A stretch of 64,000 nucleotides of DNA from Spirochaetota bacterium (lineage in GTDB: Bacteria; Spirochaetota; UBA4802; UBA5550), in contig OY760686.1 of NCBI GenBank assembly GCA_963663865.1, positions 2,432,001 to 2,496,000 on the forward strand, in the 5' to 3' direction. The notes beneath the pieces were generated by a model. That model saw only the letters and a program-made list of their open reading frames with translations. It was not told where the DNA came from and did no database searches. Positions 50,101 to 59,544 of this stretch are shown piece by piece; the first letter of the stretch is position 1, and every line of letters begins with the position of its first letter. A program made the position numbers and the translations under genes.

Positions 50101-50355
50101 CTTATAAGCGAAGCTTCATACGGCCTTGTCAGAGACATATTCAGGGTCGAAGCGATGCAGGAAATCAAGGTTAAAGGCAAAGAAGCCACACAGAAGATAT
50201 TCGCTGTTTTGGGGCGAATGGATGATCCCGAATGTCCTGAGGACATTGGCGCGCTGCGTGAGTTGATAGGTCTTGGCGATTTCATTAAGCAGGACATTGA
50301 CGTCAACGCGGAAGAGATTAAATACGAGATAGTATCCGGAGACGCCCAGTCATGA
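47113..50355 (+). CDS. Class III adenylate cyclase (TM-GAF-like-degenerate GGDEF-linker-TM-Cache-TM-HAMP-cyclase)
   Basis: FSDIRSFT, DKFIGDAIMA and EYTVIGDAVNLASRIE catalytic motifs (K/T suggest ATP specificity); HAMP PIK.L...T.EI..G...DEVG.L..SF..M. N-terminal domain calls are tentative. Confidence 0.9.
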   Translation: MTAKTKSLITGLILFSALLGAYLYFRPELAERLRAFAVLPAADDRLRMGLEILLLFLIAVIFASVSFLFYRKGTEPAGSEDIADGSIKKMTSIKAAEPDTLPRGNDDSDIESFIIQELNALYSKFKPSASVLYLSAGDSIYVKAVSVSKSDIDSPVKEALTFDSEIINEMLEAKYLLSGAGHTIHVPFFSQGAALGIVTLINPEGIASGGLKSISGLCSAAGLKIADFLESNGHVVVGGDIDSPFALRLKLKKSEFLKKTTGRPFSVMLIETESAGADTISAESIYRALPEILYSMGIRASVSLNERSAVILLPYSASEAEKTAHPVIEKLYKTHEFPEDESISFIFGISSPYSLSSSEAYSSALEDLASGKNCCSPAPKVEEAKMTSKENISNDNTVAEPVLNPKTKVNETPGDEPAEQTEPAKDIEGPTVKPKKEKSKPAGDSHLNNPEVLSSNGRRIRATIGAKMITIISLVIISSLSLMTFLATHFFMQDNEIRIKESNHQISEIIAEKVKTDFDSIIEKSRYIARGILDEKPVSLEDSELSERLFPSEKNIILVATAVKTGKGIKIQNGLLNTNLASSMGISAKAVSEYFESSSEVFLPVFKTQDTVTNISPAFKQEVIAVSVPYLRKSAAEAESILIVFVNNARFTEAVSKPGITRSFIASVSGDIIAHYNSSLTLAGVNYSNFPMVKIMAESPVDNSQTSYSDEKGVTYLGSFKKIGFAGIGVITTVVRDDVFSAAYRIRKQNIFLTVIVLNLAILIIYFFSKTITGPIKRLVSATREIEKGNYSVSIYSKSRDEVGMLTDSFTRMSKGLSEREKIKDAFGKFVNPEIAEKVLRDEIKLGGERKDVAVFFSDIRSFTAMSEKLEPEEVVEFLNQYMTRMVECINTTSGVVDKFIGDAIMATWGAPVSHGNDTENAVNASLMMRKTLLDFNRDRGDEKKPLIRIGCGINTGPVLAGQIGSHDKMEYTVIGDAVNLASRIESLNKPFGTDILISEASYGLVRDIFRVEAMQEIKVKGKEATQKIFAVLGRMDDPECPEDIGALRELIGLGDFIKQDIDVNAEEIKYEIVSGDAQS

Positions 50356-52439
50356 AGCCGGATATCAAGGATATTCTTGTCGTCTCTCTCACAGCTGCTA
50401 TTACAGCCATTGCATCCATCATGCTCTATGTGGAGTTTACCGCCGGAGCGGAAACAACAAGCACTGAGCCAATCGGAAAAATAATCTACAAGAAAAAAAA
50501 GACACAGCGCAAGTACACCAACCAGGTTATATGGGAAGATGTCAGCCAGTATGCGACAGTCTACAACTACGACACCATCAGAACTGACGCCGATTCCGCG
50601 TCGATACTGCAGCTGAAGGACGGTTCTGAGATTGAGCTTAATGAAAACACACTTATCCTGGTCAGCCTCAGCGGAGACAGGGCCGCCATTGACTTCAGTC
50701 AGGGAGCTATAAGCGCGAACAGCTCAGGCAGTCTGAGCATCTCCGCCGGTGGGGCTGTAATTGACACCAAAAAAAGCAGCATCAACCTGAGAGCTGGAGG
50801 GCCCGGTTCAGGAATCAGCGTAAACGTTCAGTCAGGTTCGGCGAAGATTGGCGGAACAGAGCTTGATTCCGGCAAAAAGGCACTTATCACCGAGAGCTCC
50901 GCGGACATTCAGGAAAAGGCATTTATCCCCATATCGCCGTCTGAAAACATGCACATAGTTACCTCTCAAAAGTCTTATAGAGTCGATTTTTCGTGGAAAA
51001 AAGCCGCTGAGAAAGTATCCGCCCGATTTGAGCTTTCAGACAAACCCGATTTTTCAAGGTTAATAGCGCGCGTTAATCAGAAGGTGAACACTTACAGCGT
51101 TGTACTGCAGGCAGGCAGCTATTACTGGCGAGTTCTGCCGGACGGCCGAACAGCTGATTCGGTAAACAGCGCCGCCTTCACTGTCATCTCAGACAGAGCA
51201 CAATCCGCCGTCTCGCCTTCAAATGGAAGCTCCGTATCATCAGCCGGAGGCGTAGCTCTTTCCTGGATAGGCAGCGAGTACGCTTCTTCCTATGAAGTCA
51301 CGATCTCCAGCCGCCGTGACTTTTCCGAAAACGTAAGGAAAATCAGCTCCACCCTGCCCCGTATAACCGTACCCGATTTCGCAGAGGGAACGTACTACTG
51401 GAAAATCAGAAATATTTACCCATATTTAAATCAGGGCGGCTCCGTTGAAAGCGCACCAGCGAGCTTTAATGCTTTAGGCGCTGAAAAGCTCTTACCTCCA
51501 AAACCTGTAAACCCTGAAAACAGAGTCACTCTGAGCGCTGTACAGTTATCACATGACGGGCTCATGTTCAGCTGGAAAAGCGAATATGCTTTTCAAAAAT
51601 ATTTGATTGAGGTCTCCGATTCAGAAGACTTCTCCAATCCGGTCATCAGGGCGGAACTACCCGGAACCTATTATCTCTCCAGGGCCCGGCTTGCTTCAGG
51701 CAGTTATTTATGGAGGATAACGGCCTTCAGCGCGGGCAAGGACGTAGTTTCAGAAAACAATGTTTTTACAGTGGTTCCATCGCTTCCCATTCGCGCGATA
51801 TCTCCTTCAGACGGAGGAAGCGTAAACCCTGCCGAAGGAGCAGGCAATGTAAAGTTCAGCTGGCTTGATCCCAATCGTGCGCGCGGATACACTCTTGATA
51901 TTTCTGCCGACAGGGATTTCAAAGAAATACTGCATTCTGAAACAGTGTCACAGAGCTCGCTGACCTATAAACCTGAAAGCTATGGATTGCATTATTGGAG
52001 AGTACGCACTTCCGCAGCCAGCCCTGAACTCTCGGTCAGCAGCCCTGCATTCTCGTTCATCATTACCGGTAAAACGCCGCCGCCAAAGCTGCTATACCCG
52101 TCCGAAAGCCTCATTGTAGACATGTCGAGCCTCAACTCACTGAACTTCAGGTGGGAAGCTTCCGCCGGTGCTTCAGTTTACAGGTTAAGCCTCAAACAGT
52201 ACACGGGCCTTACCCCGCGGACAGTTTTCAAGACTGAAGTCAAAGGTACGCGCTTCAGCTTCAGAGAGCTGGAAAAGCTTGATGAAGGAAACTTCGTAGC
52301 TGAACTTGAAGCTGTCAGAATGAACGGAAGCTCTGTAAGCGACATCAGTCCGGCGGCCACTGTACACTTTACTATTACGCTAAAAAGCGCCCTTTCAAAT
52401 CCAAACTTTATATCACCAAGGGTAATCTATGTCAGGTAG
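50352..52439 (+). CDS. Membrane-anchored FecR-domain protein with about five FN3-like repeats
   Basis: N-terminal TM; W......VY..DTIRT.......L.DGS.I.L.ENT FecR signature; repeats SP.....FSW......S...DF.....YYWR; ATGA overlap with the cyclase. Confidence 0.8.
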   Translation: MKPDIKDILVVSLTAAITAIASIMLYVEFTAGAETTSTEPIGKIIYKKKKTQRKYTNQVIWEDVSQYATVYNYDTIRTDADSASILQLKDGSEIELNENTLILVSLSGDRAAIDFSQGAISANSSGSLSISAGGAVIDTKKSSINLRAGGPGSGISVNVQSGSAKIGGTELDSGKKALITESSADIQEKAFIPISPSENMHIVTSQKSYRVDFSWKKAAEKVSARFELSDKPDFSRLIARVNQKVNTYSVVLQAGSYYWRVLPDGRTADSVNSAAFTVISDRAQSAVSPSNGSSVSSAGGVALSWIGSEYASSYEVTISSRRDFSENVRKISSTLPRITVPDFAEGTYYWKIRNIYPYLNQGGSVESAPASFNALGAEKLLPPKPVNPENRVTLSAVQLSHDGLMFSWKSEYAFQKYLIEVSDSEDFSNPVIRAELPGTYYLSRARLASGSYLWRITAFSAGKDVVSENNVFTVVPSLPIRAISPSDGGSVNPAEGAGNVKFSWLDPNRARGYTLDISADRDFKEILHSETVSQSSLTYKPESYGLHYWRVRTSAASPELSVSSPAFSFIITGKTPPPKLLYPSESLIVDMSSLNSLNFRWEASAGASVYRLSLKQYTGLTPRTVFKTEVKGTRFSFRELEKLDEGNFVAELEAVRMNGSSVSDISPAATVHFTITLKSALSNPNFISPRVIYVR

Positions 52440-53793
52440 AAGATTACATTCATTGCTGACAGCAGTATTCTCGGCGGCCCTCATTCTCGCAGCTGCGGTA
52501 TCAACAGCAGCTCCGGCAGCGCGCCCGGTAATACAATGGGAGGCTGTACCTGACGCTACAGGTTACCTTGTTGAGGTCAAAGACGCTTCGGGAAAAATTG
52601 TTTACAGCGACAGGACCCGTGTGCCAAGGGCTGCCGTTAATCTTAAATACGGAAACTACAGGGCAAGGGTTGCCCCCCTGAACAAGTTCGGGCGCCCTTC
52701 CTCATGGAGCAGCTGGTTCAACTTCAACGTTGTCAAGTCGCTTGAGCCTTCATTTACATCGGTTAGCCCTTCAATTGTAATACCCGAGTCAGGCGATATT
52801 GAAATCACAATCAGGGGCGGAAACTTCATGAACGGCTGCAGGGTATTCCTCTCAGCCGACGGAGCAAGGATACAGCCCGACCGTACAGAGCTTATCTCCG
52901 ATACCACGCTCAGGGTCACTCTGCCTTCGGGAATAAAAGCGGGCGGGAAAACTGACATTGTAATCGAAAACCCCGGCGGGAGTTCTGTTACCGCTGCCGG
53001 GGCATTGACTGTAACAAGAGAGCCCGTAATAGACTCAATCTCACCTTCCCGTATAAGAAAAACCGGAGAAAAGGTATTGATAACCGTTGAAGGCGACATG
53101 TTCATGTCTGAGGTTAATGCGCACATCATTTATGACGGCAGAAAGATTGTTCCTGAAAAGGTAAGCCGAATATCCCAAAAACTGATGACTTTCATGCTCG
53201 ACACCTCCGGTCTTTCAGCAGGAACATGTGATGTCGCGGTGGTCAATCCCGGCGGCTCTGCCTCGGTTGAGAATAATGCGCTTACCATCACCGAGTTTTC
53301 AGGATTCTACATAGGAACTTCAATCGCCTATGACAACCTGCTGCCGGAATGGAGCAATGTAATAAAAAATACATTCAGGGCTCCCGATTTATATTTCGGA
53401 TATCATCCAGATTTTGACCTGCCTGTAATAAGGCATCTCGGTTTTGAGGCCTCTATTTCCTATTTAAAATATGACGGTATAAACTCTTTCGATATGACCT
53501 CGATTCAGCCGTGTGCAGGAATATTTCTCGATTTCGCCATGCCCTTTGCTCATTTCGTATCGTTAGTAGCCCGTGGCGGCGGCGGATTGCAGTACTCATC
53601 CATACGAGACTACATGTATGCCGAAACAGAAATCACATCATACGATCCTTTCATCTATGCCGGCGGCTCAATTAGATTTCGAATTTTTTCTCGCCTCTTC
53701 ATCGAAAGCGGAGCATCGTATTTCAACACTTTTTACATAGACAGAGAGCTCTCTTCTGTTCGATATTTTATCCGCGCAGGAGTTATTTTCTGA
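52429..53793 (+). CDS. Exported FN3 + 2x IPT/TIG protein with C-terminal small outer-membrane beta-barrel
   Basis: Signal peptide; W.AV..A.GY.VE...YR.RV...N..G..S.WS.W; two P.I.S.SP...I.G..F...NPGG repeats; C-terminal AGVIF. Confidence 0.78.
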   Translation: MSGRRLHSLLTAVFSAALILAAAVSTAAPAARPVIQWEAVPDATGYLVEVKDASGKIVYSDRTRVPRAAVNLKYGNYRARVAPLNKFGRPSSWSSWFNFNVVKSLEPSFTSVSPSIVIPESGDIEITIRGGNFMNGCRVFLSADGARIQPDRTELISDTTLRVTLPSGIKAGGKTDIVIENPGGSSVTAAGALTVTREPVIDSISPSRIRKTGEKVLITVEGDMFMSEVNAHIIYDGRKIVPEKVSRISQKLMTFMLDTSGLSAGTCDVAVVNPGGSASVENNALTITEFSGFYIGTSIAYDNLLPEWSNVIKNTFRAPDLYFGYHPDFDLPVIRHLGFEASISYLKYDGINSFDMTSIQPCAGIFLDFAMPFAHFVSLVARGGGGLQYSSIRDYMYAETEITSYDPFIYAGGSIRFRIFSRLFIESGASYFNTFYIDRELSSVRYFIRAGVIF

Positions 53794-53820
53794 TTTTTGG
53801 AAAAAAACTTGACTGAAAAG

Positions 53821-53854
53821 ACAATATCACTATATCAAGATATATTGATATTGT
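53821..53854. promoter_or_regulatory. SahR-like operator overlapping the metH promoter
   Basis: ATATCAAGATATATTGATAT (53832-53851) within a 16-bp-arm inverted repeat; TTGACT -35 at 53809-53814. Confidence 0.6.
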
Positions 53855-53867
53855 TTATGGAGACTCT

Positions 53868-56297
53868 ATGAATTTCAAAGAAAGACTGAATCAGAGAACA
53901 CCAATTCTTCTCGACGGAGGGATGGGGACTGTACTCTTCGAAAAACTGCCCGGATATGAAGGGGCCTTCGAACTTCTGAACTCTGAAAATCCGGACGTAA
54001 TTGAGGATATACACAGCCTCTATCTGGAAGCCGGTTCAGAAATGATAGAAACAAACACCTTCGGCGGAAGCCGTCTCAAGCTTGCCGAATTCGGGCTTAG
54101 GGAGAGATGCGAAGAAATAAATGAAAAAGGCGCCTCACTTGCCAGAAGGGCGGCAGACCGATACAACGCTTTCGTCGGCGGTTCCGTGGGCCCGACAGGC
54201 CTTCTCGCTGAGCCGATGGGAGAAACGCCTGCTGAAACGATATACGAGTCATTCGCCGCACAGATGCGCGGGCTCTCCCGCGGCGGGGCGGACGCGATAA
54301 TCATTGAGACAATGACGGACGTACAGGAAGCCAAACTCGCGCTGCTGGCAGCCAGAGACAACACCGATCTTCCTGTAATTTGCAGTATGACTTTTGACTT
54401 ATCCGGCAAAACTCCAACCGGCAGCGACATGCTCACTGCATTCACCACGCTTGCATCAGCCGGAGCTTCAATGGTCGGAGCCAACTGCGGCATGGGGCCC
54501 GCTCAAATAGTTAAGCTCTACAGCTTATCAATAAGCGCCCTGAAAGAAGCCGGAATTCCGCTTTCCGCGTGGTCGAATGCCGGACTTCCGGAAATGATCG
54601 ACGGCAAAACACATTACGGGCTGAGAGAGGATTCCTTCGCTGCCTCTTCAATCGAGCTCGTCGAAATGGGTATACAGCTTATCGGGGGTTGCTGCGGCAC
54701 GAGGCCTTCTCACATCAAGGCACTTGCAGATCTCCTGTCGCAGCATAATATAACATCGCCTGCTTACAGCTTCAGGCACAGGGCAGTCACATCCCGCACG
54801 TCACGCTTCAGCTTCGAAGATAGCGGCCTTGTCGTTGTCGGCGAGAGGCTTAATCCGTCGGCGCGCAAAGCTTTTGCGAAGGACCTGAGCGAGGGAAGGC
54901 AGACATTCCTGAGGCAGGAGGCCGTCAAACAGAAAGAGGAAGGCGCGCATATCCTTGATATCAATGTCGGGCTTCCGGGTATTGACGAAAAGTCAGCAAT
55001 GAAAAAATCGGTGACGGTGCTTTCAAACTCGGTTGATATCCCCCTGATGATCGATTCAGACAATCCGGAGGTAATTGAAGCCGCGCTTATGACGTGTCCC
55101 GGAATTCCGATTGTTAACTCAATTAACGCTACCGATAAAAGCATCGAGACCATTCTTCCGCTCATTAAAAGATTCGGCTGCTTCGTTGTCGGGCTTTGTC
55201 TCGACGAGGGCGGAATTTTTCCGGATTCCGCCAGGCGTATCGCTGCCGGCGAAAAGCTCCTTTCACGTCTCGCTGAGGCTGGCGTAACCAGCGACAGGGT
55301 TTTCATTGATCCGCTTGTTCTTACCGAGAGCGCGGAACCGGGCTCCGCGATTGAAACCCTGAAGGTCATTTCGCATTTCAGCTCGAAGGGCATTAAAACA
55401 TCTGTAGGCCTGAGCAATATATCCTTCGGTCTGCCGCAGCGCAAGTTTATTAACTCCGCGTTTTTGAAGGCGTCGATTCAAAACGGCCTCACAGCGGCTA
55501 TAGTAAATCCCGTCACCGCGCAGTTCTCTGACGCACTGGAACTCTCTGATGAAGAAAAGCTCGCGTCAGATTTCCTCAACGGCTCCGACCCGGGGGCTTC
55601 CGCATACATTGAGCATTTTAAAAATTCAGGGGGGGATAATGCCGCAGCCGCTTCAGCGCCTTCGGCTCCGCCTGAAAACATAATGGAATTACTTTTCAAC
55701 TACGTCGTGGAAGGCAATTCTGACGATATCGAGACAGCGCTGGACGAAGCTCTGAAAGATCACAGCCCTTCGGATATAATGAACCAGGCCCTTCTTCAAG
55801 GCCTCGAAAAAGTCGGCGAGCTCTACAGCTCCGGCGAATACTTTCTGCCGCAGATGATTTCATCGGCGAACGCGATGAAGAAAGGTTTTCTTAAGCTCAA
55901 ACCTATGCTGACAGATAAGTCGACTCCAAGACTCGGCCGGGCCGTAATATGCACAGTTAAAGGAGACATTCACGATATCGGCAAAAACATAGTCGCGATG
56001 ATGATGGAAAACCACGGATTCGAGGTCACAGACCTCGGAAAAGATGTTCCGTGCGAAACAATTATTCAGACAGCGCTTGACTCTCAGGCTGACCTGATAT
56101 GCCTCAGCTCGCTGCTCACCACAACGATGGGCGAGATGAAGAACGTTCGCGAAACGCTCAATCAAAGAGGAATCGATATTCCTGTTATGATAGGCGGCGC
56201 CGTTGTTACGGATGATTACGCAAGGTCGATCGGAGCTCACTACTCCTCTGATGCTGTGGAATGCGTAAAGGTAGCTAAATCCATACTCGGAGTATAA
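53868..56297 (+). CDS. metH: Cobalamin-dependent methionine synthase core (Hcy, pterin, cap and B12 domains; no AdoMet reactivation domain)
   Basis: LDGGMGT, ETNTFG, GANC, GGCCGT, VGERLNP and GDIHDIGKN (B12 His) motifs; ends after the B12 domain. Confidence 0.92.
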   Translation: MNFKERLNQRTPILLDGGMGTVLFEKLPGYEGAFELLNSENPDVIEDIHSLYLEAGSEMIETNTFGGSRLKLAEFGLRERCEEINEKGASLARRAADRYNAFVGGSVGPTGLLAEPMGETPAETIYESFAAQMRGLSRGGADAIIIETMTDVQEAKLALLAARDNTDLPVICSMTFDLSGKTPTGSDMLTAFTTLASAGASMVGANCGMGPAQIVKLYSLSISALKEAGIPLSAWSNAGLPEMIDGKTHYGLREDSFAASSIELVEMGIQLIGGCCGTRPSHIKALADLLSQHNITSPAYSFRHRAVTSRTSRFSFEDSGLVVVGERLNPSARKAFAKDLSEGRQTFLRQEAVKQKEEGAHILDINVGLPGIDEKSAMKKSVTVLSNSVDIPLMIDSDNPEVIEAALMTCPGIPIVNSINATDKSIETILPLIKRFGCFVVGLCLDEGGIFPDSARRIAAGEKLLSRLAEAGVTSDRVFIDPLVLTESAEPGSAIETLKVISHFSSKGIKTSVGLSNISFGLPQRKFINSAFLKASIQNGLTAAIVNPVTAQFSDALELSDEEKLASDFLNGSDPGASAYIEHFKNSGGDNAAAASAPSAPPENIMELLFNYVVEGNSDDIETALDEALKDHSPSDIMNQALLQGLEKVGELYSSGEYFLPQMISSANAMKKGFLKLKPMLTDKSTPRLGRAVICTVKGDIHDIGKNIVAMMMENHGFEVTDLGKDVPCETIIQTALDSQADLICLSSLLTTTMGEMKNVRETLNQRGIDIPVMIGGAVVTDDYARSIGAHYSSDAVECVKVAKSILGV

Positions 56298-56367
56298 ATT
56301 GAGGCCGGATTATTCCGGCCCAATTCATACTATTTCCTGCAGCTACATCCACCCGCCAAAAAATGAG

Positions 56368-57249
56368 CTACATCGATTCGTGAAGTTTGTAAGCCTTAAG
56401 CGTGTTCTTCATCAGCATGGAAATTGTCATCGGCCCTACTCCGCCCGGCACGGGCGTAATGGCCGAAGCTACGGGGAAGACCCCTTCATAATCAACATCA
56501 CCGCAAAGCTTTGTCTTGCCCTCTTCGTCCGGATGAGGAACCCTGTTCATGCCTACATCTATGACTACTACACCCGGTTTAACCATGCCGGCTGTAACGG
56601 TGTTAGGCCTTCCGGCCGCCACTATCAGTATGTCAGCCTGCTTTGTGTAGAGCGAAATATCCGGGGCGCCGGTATGACAGACAGTAACAACGCAGTTTGC
56701 TCTCTCGTTTTTCTGAAGCATCATGCTTGCTACGGGTTTGCCAACAATATTGCTTCTGCCTACTACTACAACATGCTTGCCCCTGAGGTCCTTTACCGTG
56801 CGGTAAATCAGCTCCTGGCAGCCGTATGGCGTGCACGGGAAAAAGCAGTCGTCTGAACCTATTGATATCTTGCCGACATTTTCAGGGTGAAAGCCGTCAA
56901 CATCCTTGAGGGGGCTTATCCTCTTTATTACGGCCTCCTCGCTGATATGTGCTGGAAGCGGAAGCTGCACGAGTATTCCGTCAACCTTATTGTCACCGTT
57001 CAGGCTGTCAATAAGCTCAAGCAGCTCCTTCTCGGATGTCTTTTCATTCAGCTCATGCTTATATGAGATAATACCGGTTTCCTCGCATGCCTTTACCTTG
57101 TTTCTAACGTAAATCGAAGAAGCCGGGTCGCTGCCGACAAGCACCACTGCAAGCCCCGGCTTTCTGACTCCCGTCATTTTAGCTGTTTCCGCCCTGACCT
57201 CATCGCGTATTTCCTGAGAAATCCTCTTCCCGTCTATGATTTCAGCCAT
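56368..57249 (-). CDS. folD: Bifunctional methylenetetrahydrofolate dehydrogenase/cyclohydrolase
   Basis: YV..K, GILVQLPLP, KDVDGF, PCTP, GRSNIVGKP and TPVPGGVGPMT motifs. Confidence 0.97.
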   Translation of the reverse strand: MAEIIDGKRISQEIRDEVRAETAKMTGVRKPGLAVVLVGSDPASSIYVRNKVKACEETGIISYKHELNEKTSEKELLELIDSLNGDNKVDGILVQLPLPAHISEEAVIKRISPLKDVDGFHPENVGKISIGSDDCFFPCTPYGCQELIYRTVKDLRGKHVVVVGRSNIVGKPVASMMLQKNERANCVVTVCHTGAPDISLYTKQADILIVAAGRPNTVTAGMVKPGVVVIDVGMNRVPHPDEEGKTKLCGDVDYEGVFPVASAITPVPGGVGPMTISMLMKNTLKAYKLHESM

Positions 57250-57600
57250 AACATCCCCCCATTTATTTGTTTTACGCTTTATACATCACATTGCTATTGG
57301 CAATAATATTCATACAGAATTTCACTGAGCTTGAACAGAAACCTGCCTCAGACGTCATATTCTGACAAAATCCTCCTTTCAAGTTTACAAACAGTATAAT
57401 ATTTGTAAAGCACAGTATTGAAATTGCTCTTATTTGCACTTGACATATCCCGTTCTTAAAAGTACTTGAAGACAACAAACAAATAAACATTCACATTATT
57501 TGCCGTATTTTGAGATTTTCCGCGAAATGCCGCGCATATCTCAGCATCTGAAATAATAAAACCGCAAACCAGATACGGTTATAATAATCAGGAGGATACA

Positions 57601-59451
57601 ATGTCAATCCCACTTAGAAGCAATACAAGCACTCAGGGCAGAAAAATGGCGGGAGCCAGAAGCCTCTGGCGGGCAAACGGCATGAAAGAAGAACAAATTG
57701 GCAAACCGGTCATAGCCATTGCCAACTCGTTCACACAGTTCGTTCCCGGCCATGTTCATCTGCACGAGGTAGGACAATACGTAAAATCTGTAATTGAGGA
57801 ATTGGGCTGCTTTGCCGCTGAATTCAACACAATCGCCATAGACGACGGCATTGCCATGGGTCATGGCGGTATGCTGTACTCCCTACCCTCCCGTGATCTA
57901 ATAGCCGACAGCGTGGAGTACATGTGCAACGCCCATACAGCAGACGCGCTCATCTGCATTTCAAACTGCGATAAAATTACCCCGGGAATGCTTATGGCTG
58001 CAATGAGGCTCAACATTCCTGCAATAATTGTGACCGGCGGGCCTATGGAAGCCGGCATATTCAAGGGTGAGAAAAAAGACCTTATTGATGCCATTGTAAT
58101 GAGCGCCGACCCCACTCAGTCAGACGAAGACGTAGCTGAGCTGGAAACCGTAGCATGTCCAACCTGCGGTTCATGCTCGGGAATGTTTACAGCTAACTCA
58201 ATGAACTGTCTTTCAGAGGCCCTGGGTCTCGCGCTGCCGGGCAACGGCACAATTGTCGCTACCCATGCCAACAGAAAGAAGCTGTTTACAACTGCAGCGA
58301 AGAGAATCGTTGAGATGGCAAAAGCATATTATGAAAATGAAGACAGCTCTGTACTCCCGCGCTCAATAGCGACCCGCGAGGCCTTTCTGAACGCCATGTC
58401 CCTCGACATTGCAATGGGAGGCTCTACAAACACGGTACTCCATCTTCTTGCTGTTGCCAACGCAGGCGAAGTGCATTTCACAATGAAGGATATCGACAAT
58501 CTTTCCCGCAAAATACCCAACATATGCAAGGTTGCTCCAAGCTCCCACTATCACATTGAGGACGTCAACCGCGCCGGCGGAATACTCGGCATACTGGCCG
58601 AGCTCAACCGCATGGGCCTGCTCAACCATTCAGCTATCCGGGTAGACGGCTTGACTCTCGGAGAGGCCATATCCGCCTACGACATAATGAGTCCGGAAGT
58701 CAAAGATGAGGCACTGGAATTATACTCAAGCGCCCCCGCTCATTCGGGCCGCAACCTCAAGTTCGCTTCACAGGCATCAAAGTACAAAGAGCTCGACAGA
58801 GACAGAAAAACCGGCTGCATAAGAACCGGAGATAATGCCTACAACAAAGAAGGCGGACTTGCCGTCCTCTTCGGCAACATCGCACAGGACGGCTGCATCG
58901 TCAAAACGGCAGGTGTCGACCCTTCAATCTACAAATTTTCCGGCACCGCGAAGGTATTCTTTTCACAGGACGCGGCGGTTGAGGCCATTATCGATGGTAA
59001 AATCAAATCCGGCGACGTCGTTGTTATCCGTTACGAGGGCCCTAAGGGCGGCCCCGGAATGCAGGAGATGCTTTATCCCACATCATACATTAACTCAATG
59101 AAGCTGGGAAAGGAATGCGCGCTCGTCACTGACGGAAGATTTTCCGGAGGAACCGCCGGTCTCTCAATCGGCCACGTGTCACCTGAAGCAGCCTCCGGAG
59201 GAAACATAGGCCTGGTTGAAGACGGCGATATTATCGATATTGACATACCTGCAAGAACAATCAGCGTTAGAATTACCGACAAGGAGCTCAATTCCAGAAG
59301 GGAGAAAGAGCTTGTAAAGGGTGACAGGGCGTTTAAACCGGTAGGGAGAGACAGGAAGGTGTCACAGGCTCTGATGACCTACTCGCTGCTCGCCTCATCC
59401 GCTGACAGAGGAGCGGTCAGGCTTCTGCCGGAATCATGCAAAATCGACTGA
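57601..59451 (+). CDS. ilvD: Dihydroxy-acid dehydratase
   Basis: [50 protein letters not shown] and TDGRFSG motifs. Confidence 0.98.
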   Translation: MSIPLRSNTSTQGRKMAGARSLWRANGMKEEQIGKPVIAIANSFTQFVPGHVHLHEVGQYVKSVIEELGCFAAEFNTIAIDDGIAMGHGGMLYSLPSRDLIADSVEYMCNAHTADALICISNCDKITPGMLMAAMRLNIPAIIVTGGPMEAGIFKGEKKDLIDAIVMSADPTQSDEDVAELETVACPTCGSCSGMFTANSMNCLSEALGLALPGNGTIVATHANRKKLFTTAAKRIVEMAKAYYENEDSSVLPRSIATREAFLNAMSLDIAMGGSTNTVLHLLAVANAGEVHFTMKDIDNLSRKIPNICKVAPSSHYHIEDVNRAGGILGILAELNRMGLLNHSAIRVDGLTLGEAISAYDIMSPEVKDEALELYSSAPAHSGRNLKFASQASKYKELDRDRKTGCIRTGDNAYNKEGGLAVLFGNIAQDGCIVKTAGVDPSIYKFSGTAKVFFSQDAAVEAIIDGKIKSGDVVVIRYEGPKGGPGMQEMLYPTSYINSMKLGKECALVTDGRFSGGTAGLSIGHVSPEAASGGNIGLVEDGDIIDIDIPARTISVRITDKELNSRREKELVKGDRAFKPVGRDRKVSQALMTYSLLASSADRGAVRLLPESCKID

Positions 59452-59507
59452 TGAGCAAACAAATGCCGAGATGAGAAGCCGTCCCCGGCCTTAAGCCCGC
59501 TTATAAC

Positions 59508-59542
59508 GAAAGCAGCCTTCATCGGCTGCTTTCTTCTTTTTT
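59508..59542 (+). terminator. Rho-independent terminator after ilvD
   Basis: gaaagcagcc-ttcatc-ggctgctttc followed by T-rich tail. Confidence 0.75.
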
Positions 59543-59544
59543 CT

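Noticed and set aside
53868-56297. metH as a truncated pseudogene
   Set aside because: Ends cleanly at a domain boundary followed by a hairpin; the split architecture is known.
57250-57600. Ile/Leu/Val attenuator or T-box upstream of ilvD
   Set aside because: The only small ORF noticed (MPRISQHLK) is not ILV-rich; no terminator or T-box motif.
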